Shown: positions 38,690 through 47,049 of the stretch, in pieces | Layout: each line of letters starts with the position of its first letter | Numbering within the stretch: position 1 is the first letter of the stretch | Assembly: GCA_902793335.1 (NCBI GenBank) | Contig: CADBCZ010000009.1 | Coordinates: 1,723 to 65,722 of the forward strand | Origin: an uncultured Lachnospiraceae bacterium | Lineage (GTDB): Bacteria; Bacillota; Clostridia; Lachnospirales; Lachnospiraceae | Length of the DNA stretch: 64,000 nucleotides | Direction of reading: 5' to 3' | Translations under genes and position numbers: made by a program | Notes under the pieces: model-generated | Told to the model about the DNA's origin: nothing | The model's input: the letters and a program-made list of their open reading frames with translations, nothing else | The model's database searches: none

Positions 38690-40507
38690 CTATTCAACCG
38701 AGAGAATATAGTAGTAAATAGGTTGTCCACCATAATTAAACTCTACATCACAATCTTCATAAGTCTCAGTCACATAATTTTCAAACTCTTTAGCATCCTC
38801 TTCTTTAACCTCTGCGCCATAGTAAATACTTATAAGTTCAGAGTCATCATCGACCATATTCTCAAGCAGTTTTCTAGTCGCTTCAACCAAATCAGTTGAT
38901 ACTGATTGAATACCATTATCGTCTATCCCCATAATATCACCGGCATTAATTGTTTTACCATCAATAGTTGTATCTCTAACGGCATATGTCACCTGACCGG
39001 TTTTAACATTATCCATATCTGATATCATGTTAGCAAGGTTATCCTCAGAAGATGACTGTGCGTCAAACGCTATAAGCGCAGCAATGCCCTGTGGAGCAGT
39101 CTTTGACGGCACAACAACAATTTCTTTATCTTCTGTCAAATCTTTTGCCTGGTTAGCAGCAAGAATAATATTCTTATTGTTCGGAAGAATATAAATTGTC
39201 TTTGCATTAACCTTTTCTATTGCATTGAGCATATCCTCAGTACTTGGATTCATTGTCTGACCACCTTCGATAAGATGATCAACACCAAGATCCTTAAAAA
39301 TGTCATTCATTCCCTGTCCAACCGATACTGCAATAAAGCCATATTCCTTCTGTTTTTCTGAATCAGCTTTGTCTTCCTCATGCTTTTCATCGTTAGCAAT
39401 GCTTACATTATGACCTTCGAACTCATCATTCCCAATCTTTGCATTAGAAGTACTTACGCCAGCAGCAGCCTTTTCAGCCTCGGTAATAACCTTCTCTCTA
39501 TGCTCTTCACGCATATTATCAACTTTCATACTGGTAAGAGAACCATATTCCAATGCCTTCTCAAAAGCCTGACCCGGATGATTGGTATGCACATGAACTT
39601 TACAAATAGTATCATCTGCAACTACTACCAAAGAATCACCTATAGACAACAAGAATGATTTGAACTTTTCTTCTTCAGACTTCGGAAAATCCTTCTCAAG
39701 AATAATTATAAACTCTGTACAATAACCATACTTAATATGCGATGTGTCTATTGATTTTCTGTCAATCCCAAGCGAATTAGACATACGCAGTCCCGAAGCA
39801 TCCGGTGCAGGTCTGTCAGAATTAGTTCCAACACCTTCACTATCATATCCGTTGGAAAAATCATATGAAACCTTACCTGTAAGCGCAGCAAATGCACCTT
39901 CAAGGATTGTCATAAGTCCTTCTCCACCTGAATCAACAACTCCTGCCTCTTTTAATACAGGTAACATATCAGGAGTCTTGTCGAGAACCTCCCTGCCATA
40001 TTCAAGTACTTCGGTAGCAAACTCAAGAGGTGTTTTCTTTGCTTTCGCAAGTTCTGTCGCTTTATCAGACAATCCCTTTGCAACAGTTAATATCGTTCCT
40101 TCTTTTGGTTTCATAACAGCTTTATATGCAGTAGCGACAGCACGTTCAAACGCAGCAGCAATCACATCTGTTGTTATTTCAGTCTTATCCTCCAAACCCT
40201 TACAAAGACCTCTTATAAGCTGTGAAAGAATAACTCCGGAATTACCTCTTGCTCCACGCAATGAACCTGTAGACATAGCCTTCGTTACATTAGCAAAAGT
40301 CGGCTCAGTAATCGCAGCTACTTCTTTTGCAGCAGCAGTTATAGTCAAAGTCATATTAGTACCTGTATCTCCATCAGGAACAGGAAATACATTCAATTCA
40401 TTAATATAATCTTTCTTCTCTTCAATGCTCTTAGCACCCGCCAAAAATGCATATTGCAATCCCTTTGCATCAAGACCTACATTATTATGACTATTGTTCT
40501 CGCTCAT
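38690..40507 (-). CDS. DAK2-domain fusion protein (YloV / fatty-acid kinase FakA type)
   Basis: 605 aa. The N-terminal DhaL/Dak2 motif is NVFPVPDGDTGTNM. Its position between asp23-like yloU and recG matches Bacillus and Staphylococcus. Confidence 0.8.
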   Translation of the reverse strand: MSENNSHNNVGLDAKGLQYAFLAGAKSIEEKKDYINELNVFPVPDGDTGTNMTLTITAAAKEVAAITEPTFANVTKAMSTGSLRGARGNSGVILSQLIRGLCKGLEDKTEITTDVIAAAFERAVATAYKAVMKPKEGTILTVAKGLSDKATELAKAKKTPLEFATEVLEYGREVLDKTPDMLPVLKEAGVVDSGGEGLMTILEGAFAALTGKVSYDFSNGYDSEGVGTNSDRPAPDASGLRMSNSLGIDRKSIDTSHIKYGYCTEFIIILEKDFPKSEEEKFKSFLLSIGDSLVVVADDTICKVHVHTNHPGQAFEKALEYGSLTSMKVDNMREEHREKVITEAEKAAAGVSTSNAKIGNDEFEGHNVSIANDEKHEEDKADSEKQKEYGFIAVSVGQGMNDIFKDLGVDHLIEGGQTMNPSTEDMLNAIEKVNAKTIYILPNNKNIILAANQAKDLTEDKEIVVVPSKTAPQGIAALIAFDAQSSSEDNLANMISDMDNVKTGQVTYAVRDTTIDGKTINAGDIMGIDDNGIQSVSTDLVEATRKLLENMVDDDSELISIYYGAEVKEEDAKEFENYVTETYEDCDVEFNYGGQPIYYYILSVE

Positions 40508-40515
40508 AGTTCCTC

Positions 40516-40875
40516 CTAATCAATAACCCGTACGCCTTCAACAAATACGTTGATCTTTTCAACCTGCATACCGGTAAATTCTTCTACTTTATAGCGAACT
40601 GTTGACATCAAATTCTCACAAACAGTTGAAATACTCACTCCGTAAGCTACAATAATATGAAAATCTATATCTATGGCATTATTATCACCAACCGCAACAT
40701 TTACTCCCTTGGAAATACTGTCACCGCGAAGCAACTTGACTATTCCATCTTTCATGTTGACTGTGGCCATTCCAACTATACCAAAACACTCAACAGCAGA
40801 TTGTCCGGCATATTGAGCGATAACTTCACTTTCAATTACAATGTCACCGTTTCCATTATCTAATTCTATCTTCAT
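40516..40875 (-). CDS. Asp23/Gls24-family envelope stress protein (YloU type)
   Basis: 119 aa with the ..VIAQYAGQSAVECFGIVGM.. Asp23 signature. It lies upstream of the DAK2 gene. Confidence 0.85.
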   Translation of the reverse strand: MKIELDNGNGDIVIESEVIAQYAGQSAVECFGIVGMATVNMKDGIVKLLRGDSISKGVNVAVGDNNAIDIDFHIIVAYGVSISTVCENLMSTVRYKVEEFTGMQVEKINVFVEGVRVID

Positions 40876-41012
40876 GTGGAAACCTCCTTTTTTAAATTAT
40901 ATCTACTTTAAAAATATAAATCGGGTATTATTTACAACTGCATCTTATCATACCATTACACCACTTCTTGCGCAAGTAAAATTCAAAATTTGATATTTTT
41001 TAAAATTTATGC

Positions 41013-41041
41013 TTGCATTTACGATTCACTTCTGATAAAAT
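41013..41041 (+). promoter_or_regulatory. Candidate sigma-A promoter of rpmB
   Basis: TTGCAT - 17 nt - TAAAAT, lying ~50 nt upstream of the GTG start. Confidence 0.5.
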
Positions 41042-41090
41042 TGACGTGTTGCAAACCGATAGGTTAATTAATTTCAAGGAGGTGTCAGCT

Positions 41091-41276
41091 GTGGCAAAGT
41101 GTTCAATATGTGATAAAAGCGCTCATTTCGGAATTAAGGTGAGTCATTCTCATAGAAGATCTAACAAGATGTGGAAGTCAAACATTAAGAAGGTTAAGGC
41201 TAACGTTGATGGTACACCTAAGAGAATCTATGTTTGTACATCTTGCTTGCGTTCAGGCAAAGTTGAAAGAGCATAA
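41091..41276 (+). CDS. rpmB: 50S ribosomal protein L28
   Basis: 61 aa, (M)AKCSICDKSAHFGIKVSHSHRRSNKMWKSNIKKVKA.. It uses a GTG start 5 nt after AAGGAGGTG, and the track's 26-codon extension is spurious. Confidence 0.92.
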   Translation: MAKCSICDKSAHFGIKVSHSHRRSNKMWKSNIKKVKANVDGTPKRIYVCTSCLRSGKVERA

Positions 41277-41288
41277 TTTATAAAATTT

Positions 41289-41318
41289 AGTACTGCTTTT
41301 GCAGTACTATTTTTTTTA
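41289..41318 (+). terminator. Rho-independent terminator of rpmB
   Basis: AGTACTGC-TTTT-GCAGTACT followed by ATTTTTTTT. Confidence 0.8.
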
Positions 41319-41360
41319 CTTTTAATTTATATTATTCTATTCCAACTACTACTATTCTTT

Positions 41361-41516
41361 TTAGCATCGACAAAAGAGAATATACGCAATTATCAAAGCA
41401 GACATAAGAACAAAAAAATTCCAAAAGCCTTTCAATAAAAAATCTGCTATCATACCAAGTGCAAACCAGAAAAAAGCAAAGCCCCATACCCGTCTCATAG
41501 TTCCATCCAGATTCAT
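41361..41516 (-). CDS. Unannotated 51-aa two-helix membrane peptide downstream of ytfJ (hypothetical)
   Basis: Below the ORF-track size cutoff. Hand translation gives MNLDGTMRRVWGFAFFWFALGMIADFLLKGFWNFFVLMSALIIAYILFCRC*. It is co-oriented with ytfJ and starts 41 nt after the ytfJ stop. The Shine-Dalgarno sequence is weak. Confidence 0.35.
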   Translation of the reverse strand: MNLDGTMRRVWGFAFFWFALGMIADFLLKGFWNFFVLMSALIIAYILFCRC

Positions 41517-41557
41517 CTTACTATAAAACAGTATATGCGGCTTTAATAAAAATGTTC

Positions 41558-41956
41558 TTATTCTGTTTCAACTATATCATCTACGGCTTTATCAATTTCA
41601 GGAGAATTCAGATCAACCTCACCGTCTTTCTTTTTAAACCTGTCAATCACATCAGGCAGCATGTCCAAAACCTTAGTTATTGTATCCTGATTTTTAACAT
41701 TTACCAATCTTATCTGATCACCGTGAATAACAAGCACTGCACTAGGAGACATCTTTCCGCCCATTCCGCCGGCTCCATTATCCTTCTTCTCACCTGCAAA
41801 AGCACCTGCAGCTACACCAAAACTGACATCTACTAACGGAACGAGTATAGTATCACCAACTGTTTTAGGTTCTCCTACAACTGTTTTTGTAGTCATGAAT
41901 TTGTCCATTCCGGAAAACAATGAACTTACTGTTTGATTAAAATCGTTATTTGCCAT
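41558..41956 (-). CDS. ytfJ: Sporulation protein YtfJ (GerW family)
   Basis: 132 aa. The pattern ..TKTVVGEPKTVGDTILVPLVDVSFGVAAGAFAGE..GGMGGKMSPSAVLVI.. is typical of YtfJ/GerW. Confidence 0.85.
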   Translation of the reverse strand: MANNDFNQTVSSLFSGMDKFMTTKTVVGEPKTVGDTILVPLVDVSFGVAAGAFAGEKKDNGAGGMGGKMSPSAVLVIHGDQIRLVNVKNQDTITKVLDMLPDVIDRFKKKDGEVDLNSPEIDKAVDDIVETE

Positions 41957-41968
41957 TATCTAATCCTC

Positions 41969-42874
41969 CTAGGCCTCTAGTATAGTTTGTATTCTCTTAA
42001 TTACTCTCATAAGATTTCGATTAAACAAAATTTTAATTCCTGTTGTAACAAAGGTTATGAGTCTGAATTTCCCATATCCATTAACATCCCCCTCAATAAT
42101 CTGCTTCTCAAAATCAGGTCTTATATCTATTTTACCGTCATACAATGGTAAAAATGTTGCCAGACCACCTAAAACCTGTCCTGTAGTAGCAGGATCATCG
42201 AACCCAAAATGTATGTTTCCATTTAACTTTTTTGGTTTAATTGCATTTAAAATCGACTTGATATAGCGTATCATATCTTTTTTCGCAACTTCAAACCTTT
42301 CACTTTGCAAAACTTTTACAAGTCCTTCTCTTTTCTTGTTAAGTTTCTTTAACTTATATAAAATTTCTGAAAGTTTTTTCTTAATATGCTCAGCCTTCTC
42401 GGCTATTTTTTCAGAAAACGGACGCTTATCCTTTGTTGTTTTTAATCTTTTGGTCTTATTATTTTTCTTTTTATCAACTTCCGTAGTGACATTATCATCA
42501 TTACTGATTATATCACCCTGCTTATCATCCGCGTTTGCACTATCTAAATCTACTGCATTTACATCAGGTTCATAGGCACCTGAAATCTTCTTTCCCAGCC
42601 ACGAAAGCTTTTCATCAGTGTTCGTCATTATAACTCCCCCAAGAGCTTTAACGGTATATTTCAAAGTATCCTCTTTAAATGTCACCTTTGCATTTAATCC
42701 AACCGGCGCATATTTTACAACTGCCAGAACATCCGGATCATCATAGTATTTGACATTAAACATATACTTTATAGGTGTCAGCAGCGCCACTGCCAATATG
42801 AGGATTATAAGAAAAAGAATCACCAGAATAATAATCCCGATTGTCTTAAATATAGTTAAAATCATATTAGTCAA
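41969..42874 (-). CDS. ytfI: DUF2953 / YtfI-like sporulation membrane protein
   Basis: 301 aa with an N-terminal TM helix and a C-terminal FGFDDPATTGQVLGGLATFLPL motif. It lies immediately upstream of ytfJ, as in the B. subtilis ytfIJ operon. Confidence 0.65.
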   Translation of the reverse strand: MTNMILTIFKTIGIIILVILFLIILILAVALLTPIKYMFNVKYYDDPDVLAVVKYAPVGLNAKVTFKEDTLKYTVKALGGVIMTNTDEKLSWLGKKISGAYEPDVNAVDLDSANADDKQGDIISNDDNVTTEVDKKKNNKTKRLKTTKDKRPFSEKIAEKAEHIKKKLSEILYKLKKLNKKREGLVKVLQSERFEVAKKDMIRYIKSILNAIKPKKLNGNIHFGFDDPATTGQVLGGLATFLPLYDGKIDIRPDFEKQIIEGDVNGYGKFRLITFVTTGIKILFNRNLMRVIKRIQTILEA

Positions 42875-43191
42875 CCCTTAAAATAATCATTTATCTGTAG
42901 TCCTTTGCCACTTTCACCCACATCTTTGATAATTCTTTCCACAAGTGAAAATGCATCTTCTCTGGATTTTGCTACACCTACAACAGTCACCTCTTGTTCA
43001 AAAGCTTTATATATAGGTTGCAAAAATTCAGGATACCAGTATATCTCCAGAATCCCATCATCTACCAGCGGAAGCGTGACAAGAAAAATACCTATTTTTA
43101 TTTTACCATGCAAAATTTGATTGCGGACAGATTTCAACTTCTTTTCAGAAAATCCATCACTATACAATTTATCAGAAAAAAGAAATCTCAC
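42871..43191 (-). CDS. Hypothetical 106-aa protein, translationally coupled to ytfI
   Basis: Its stop overlaps the ytfI start (ATGA, 4-nt overlap). I recognise no motif. Confidence 0.55.
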   Translation of the reverse strand: MRFLFSDKLYSDGFSEKKLKSVRNQILHGKIKIGIFLVTLPLVDDGILEIYWYPEFLQPIYKAFEQEVTVVGVAKSREDAFSLVERIIKDVGESGKGLQINDYFKG

Positions 43192-43226
43192 AATGCCACC
43201 CCGTCAATTCCACGCATATTAACCTA

Positions 43227-44633
43227 TTATTCTTCAGACATCATTTCATCAATAATCTTTCCACATGCCATAAGTTCACTTTCATTACCACATTTGCTAA
43301 GACTATGATCAATATAATCCTTTATTTCCTGCACAGAATTAAATAATACCGGCATATTAGAAAACACAGCACCCATAACAGCTCTGTTGATTTCTTTTGA
43401 ATGATTTTCAAAAAACTCTCCAAAAGCCTTTATCAATTCATCGCATTTATTCCTGATATAAATATCATCAGCTTCTTCTACCCTTTTATCTTCATTCAAT
43501 TCGATAAATAAACTGTTAGACATCAATTTTGAAATTTTATCAAGACGCTTGAAAAGTTCATCTGCCATTATCCATGAAATCTCATCACTCGATTCCTCTA
43601 TTACATCATTGAGTACACTCTCAAATTGTAAAATATCCTCTGATAAATATTCCTGAACACCTTCTATCTTTTCAAACTGTAAGTCAACCTCCTCAGGAAT
43701 ATCTCCTCCTGATATAAATGCGTCATGCAGACTTCCTGTCATAGAACAGGCTGCTTTTAGAGCCTCACCGTTATTCTGCTGATACGGCATAGCTAAAAGT
43801 ATACTATACAATGCATTAACAATCTCCATAAGAATAAGATGATTACTTACCATATCCGTCAAATGTACAGAGGTAAGAGAAAATTGTTCCATAATAAATT
43901 TGAATGCATCTAAATTCAGATTCTTAAAATCTGTTTCATCCAATTGTGCAATCATACGATATATTTCAGGATAAAGTTTTCCATATCCTTTGGGTTTGTC
44001 AATAACTGATGTAGACTTCACCATATCAATAAAACTGTCTACTGAAGTTTTGTCTGAGCCCTTGTATATATTGAGAGTTGCGTTAATATAGTCATAAAAC
44101 TTGCTCTTTGTCATACGAACAGGTAACTGAGCTGTCACCATCTGTATTTTACTGTTTATAACCATCTTGTCATTATCATTGAATATGTATTTAAATATTC
44201 TCTCCGAAAAAGCATCTATATCTACATCATATTTTTCACCTGTTATACCAAATTCTACACGATTAAGCACATATTCATATATCTGTAAGGCATCTGTATA
44301 TGATGTAAGTACAACCATTCGATCAGTCAGTTCTTTACGTATATCCGCAAGTCTTTTTATACAATCAACACTGTTTTCAACACCATCCTCTGACATTACA
44401 GACTCGAAGATAATTGTATGAATATCCTCTAATGTATCAATCAGCGGTTTGTCCTGCATGATTGTACCGCCTTCATCAAAAACCTCTTTAAGAGTATAAT
44501 AATTAAGCACAAGTCTTATAAAATTATATTCATAAACCGAATCAATATATGCATTCCCGTATTCAGGCAGATTATATTCTAAGTTATTGCGTCTCTTTAT
44601 TTCTTTAATTATTTTTTTGTATTCTGCTTTCAT
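43227..44633 (-). CDS. Hypothetical 468-aa all-helical acidic cytoplasmic protein
   Basis: Long clean ORF with no TM segment or signal peptide and no motif I recognise. It is separated by 20 nt and 35 nt from its neighbours. Confidence 0.6.
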   Translation of the reverse strand: MKAEYKKIIKEIKRRNNLEYNLPEYGNAYIDSVYEYNFIRLVLNYYTLKEVFDEGGTIMQDKPLIDTLEDIHTIIFESVMSEDGVENSVDCIKRLADIRKELTDRMVVLTSYTDALQIYEYVLNRVEFGITGEKYDVDIDAFSERIFKYIFNDNDKMVINSKIQMVTAQLPVRMTKSKFYDYINATLNIYKGSDKTSVDSFIDMVKSTSVIDKPKGYGKLYPEIYRMIAQLDETDFKNLNLDAFKFIMEQFSLTSVHLTDMVSNHLILMEIVNALYSILLAMPYQQNNGEALKAACSMTGSLHDAFISGGDIPEEVDLQFEKIEGVQEYLSEDILQFESVLNDVIEESSDEISWIMADELFKRLDKISKLMSNSLFIELNEDKRVEEADDIYIRNKCDELIKAFGEFFENHSKEINRAVMGAVFSNMPVLFNSVQEIKDYIDHSLSKCGNESELMACGKIIDEMMSEE

Positions 44634-44653
44634 TTATCTTTTCCTTTTATTAA

Positions 44654-45517
44654 TCATTTTTTATGCTCATGAGTAAATAAATGATTCTGGCAATATTCAT
44701 AATTGCCTTTACATCTAGAACAATATCTAAACTCAAGCGTAGGGTCATCCTCCTCGGTCCGACCGCATATAGCACACTTATGTCTTGTCAGAAGCTGTGT
44801 CTGTCTTACCTCACGTTTGTATTGTCTCTTCCTTTTCTTATGAGCAGGAGAAACTCTCGTCTTACCCTTCATCATAAAGTAGAATACAATGAAATTAAGT
44901 ACAGACATAATAACTGTAATCATTCCTGTATAATTATGAGAAAGTCCAAATGTCAATATTGATACAATAAGATAAGCAATATCGAGATAACCCAACCATT
45001 TTACCTTAATAGGAATTATAAAATACAGAAGAACCTGTAGATCAGGAAACATAAATGCATATGCAAGGAACATGCTCATACATAAGTAATATGTCGAAGC
45101 TCCATACCAACCATAATATTGAATACTTAAATCTATCATCTCTTTATTTCCGGCAAGAATCATAATAATGTATGTTGCCATAACGCCTATATCAGTGAAG
45201 ATTACTCCGGCCAGGATATAAACAGTATATCTGAAATCACCCCAAGTATTTTCCAGAGTTCGTCCTACATAAAAATAAAACATAAGAGTTATTATAACAA
45301 ATATGCTGACTCCGCTTGGTGGAATAATAACCCATGTCAATAATCTGTAAATCTGACCTTTCATTACTTTATCGGGTTCTAAGGAGATAATTGACAAAGC
45401 CTCCGGACTCATTATCTCAAGCAAATATCCAAGCACAAAACAACCAATTAGAATCAGTGTCAGATTGGGTATTGCGAACTTTCCAAATTTTCTTTCCAAT
45501 TTTGTCATAAAATCCAT
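44654..45517 (-). CDS. Rhomboid-like polytopic membrane protein with a C-terminal CxxC..CxxC zinc ribbon
   Basis: 287 aa with about 6 TM helices. It has a rhomboid-like GQIYRLLTW...LENTWG TM2 region and a GAST (GxSx-like) TM4 segment. A basic linker is followed by CAICGRTEEDDPTLEFRYCSRCKGNYEYCQNHLFTHEH. Confidence 0.55.
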   Translation of the reverse strand: MDFMTKLERKFGKFAIPNLTLILIGCFVLGYLLEIMSPEALSIISLEPDKVMKGQIYRLLTWVIIPPSGVSIFVIITLMFYFYVGRTLENTWGDFRYTVYILAGVIFTDIGVMATYIIMILAGNKEMIDLSIQYYGWYGASTYYLCMSMFLAYAFMFPDLQVLLYFIIPIKVKWLGYLDIAYLIVSILTFGLSHNYTGMITVIMSVLNFIVFYFMMKGKTRVSPAHKKRKRQYKREVRQTQLLTRHKCAICGRTEEDDPTLEFRYCSRCKGNYEYCQNHLFTHEHKK

Positions 45518-45549
45518 AAGTAAACCATCCCTTTATTAGTATTTCTATG

Positions 45550-45801
45550 TCAATCATTCTTATCGACACCGGGTATAAGCAACTCATCACCTATATTGAG
45601 ATTATAAACATTAACGTACGGATTTAAACGCATAATATCCGTTAATTTTATATCATATATTCTTGCAAGCTTATATAAAGTGTCTCCTTTTTCTATCACA
45701 TGTATATGAACACGATAATTCTTATTGAGATTATCGTGTTCATTTTCGTAATTTCCATGTTTTATTAAATCTATCTTATTCATATATTTAACCATCATCA
45801 T
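45550..45801 (-). CDS. Small LysM-domain protein
   Basis: The C-terminal HVIEKGDTLYKLARIYDIKLTDIMRLNPYVNVYNLNIGDELLIPG is a LysM domain. The start is ambiguous among several Met codons. Confidence 0.7.
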   Translation of the reverse strand: MMMVKYMNKIDLIKHGNYENEHDNLNKNYRVHIHVIEKGDTLYKLARIYDIKLTDIMRLNPYVNVYNLNIGDELLIPGVDKND

Positions 45802-45860
45802 AAATTATCTTTACTGTTAATATATGAATGTCTTATTTAAATGTTGACTGGAAACGTCAA

Positions 45861-46577
45861 TTATTCTTCATCAATTCCTGTATCTACATTTTCTTCTGAC
45901 TGCACTTCTTCACTTGTCTCTTCGGTTTCCGTGGACGGCTCCTCAGTAGCAGCCTCTGTAGACTCTTCAACAGCTGTTTCTGTTGTAGTCTCTGTAGTAA
46001 CGGCAGGTTCTAACATTTCAGGAACCAATGTAATTTCATAAGAATCACCTTCAAATTTGTCCTCATAAAATTCTTTATAACAAAGCAGATATTCAGCACG
46101 ATCATCAACTATAAACAATATAGATTTTGTTATCGATTCTCCCAGTTTTAAAGTAAAAATATTGTCCATAAATCCATCTATTCCAAGCTCCGTCATTCCA
46201 TAACCGGTGATAATATCTTTGTTTTCATTCTCACTGTAATCAAGTGTAAAATCCGATATACTCATTGGCAAATCTTTATCATAGGTATTAGTGATTGTAA
46301 TCTCTACTTCTAAATAACTTTTACCGCTGTCAGCGGCATACAAACCATCCTGAAATTGATATGTACTGCATTTTTTTGATGAATTAACTTTCATATCAAA
46401 AAAAGCTGTGTGAACAACCTCATCGGACTTTGCCTCAATAAGACCGCCATACTTTCTACCGTCCTCTGATTTCATAGAACCATTTGAATCTGGTCTGTTA
46501 CCGCATGCCGTCAAACTAAATGTAGAAATCAACAACACAGCAGCAAGCAATATGTGTCTAAATGTATTCTTTCTCAT
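45861..46577 (-). CDS. Lipoprotein with a DUF4352-like beta-sandwich and an acidic T/E/S-rich C-terminal tail
   Basis: Signal peptide plus lipobox LTAC|G. The core has a ..SYLEVEITITNTYDKDLPMSISDFTL.. pattern, and the tail reads TTETTTETAVEESTEAATEEPSTETEETSEEVQSEE. Confidence 0.7.
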   Translation of the reverse strand: MRKNTFRHILLAAVLLISTFSLTACGNRPDSNGSMKSEDGRKYGGLIEAKSDEVVHTAFFDMKVNSSKKCSTYQFQDGLYAADSGKSYLEVEITITNTYDKDLPMSISDFTLDYSENENKDIITGYGMTELGIDGFMDNIFTLKLGESITKSILFIVDDRAEYLLCYKEFYEDKFEGDSYEITLVPEMLEPAVTTETTTETAVEESTEAATEEPSTETEETSEEVQSEENVDTGIDEE

Positions 46578-46588
46578 TGATATAACTC

Positions 46589-47035
46589 CTAATCTGTAAT
46601 CTCTAAGTATTGTATCATTCCGGGACCCAACGAATCCGTAGGTCTTGCTATAAAGCCATGTTTCTCATAAAACCTCTCTCTGCCTTTAGCACACATAAGA
46701 CACATCATCATAGTTGTATCATCCTCGCCTATTTTTTTTACGTAATCAATAAGTGTATTAAGTATGCGCGATCCAATTCCCTTTCCCTGATACTTTGGTA
46801 TTACTATTAAATCCTGAACATAGCATATTACAGCTCCATCACCGACAATTCTTCCCAATCCAACAATTTCATCACCTTTATATGCACCAACATAATATAA
46901 ACTGTTATCAAGAGCTTTCTTTGCCTGTACCTCTGATAATTTTTTCCAATTGACCATCTTGCGAATCCCAAGATATTCATTGATAGTCACTGTATTTTCT
47001 TTGATAATTATTTCTGTATTCATCTCTGCCAACAT
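46589..47035 (-). CDS. GNAT-family N-acetyltransferase
   Basis: 148 aa with the acetyl-CoA-binding motif VIPKYQGKGIGSRILNTLIDY and ..FYEKHGF. Confidence 0.85.
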   Translation of the reverse strand: MLAEMNTEIIIKENTVTINEYLGIRKMVNWKKLSEVQAKKALDNSLYYVGAYKGDEIVGLGRIVGDGAVICYVQDLIVIPKYQGKGIGSRILNTLIDYVKKIGEDDTTMMMCLMCAKGRERFYEKHGFIARPTDSLGPGMIQYLEITD

Positions 47036-47049
47036 TCCTTAGTTACATA

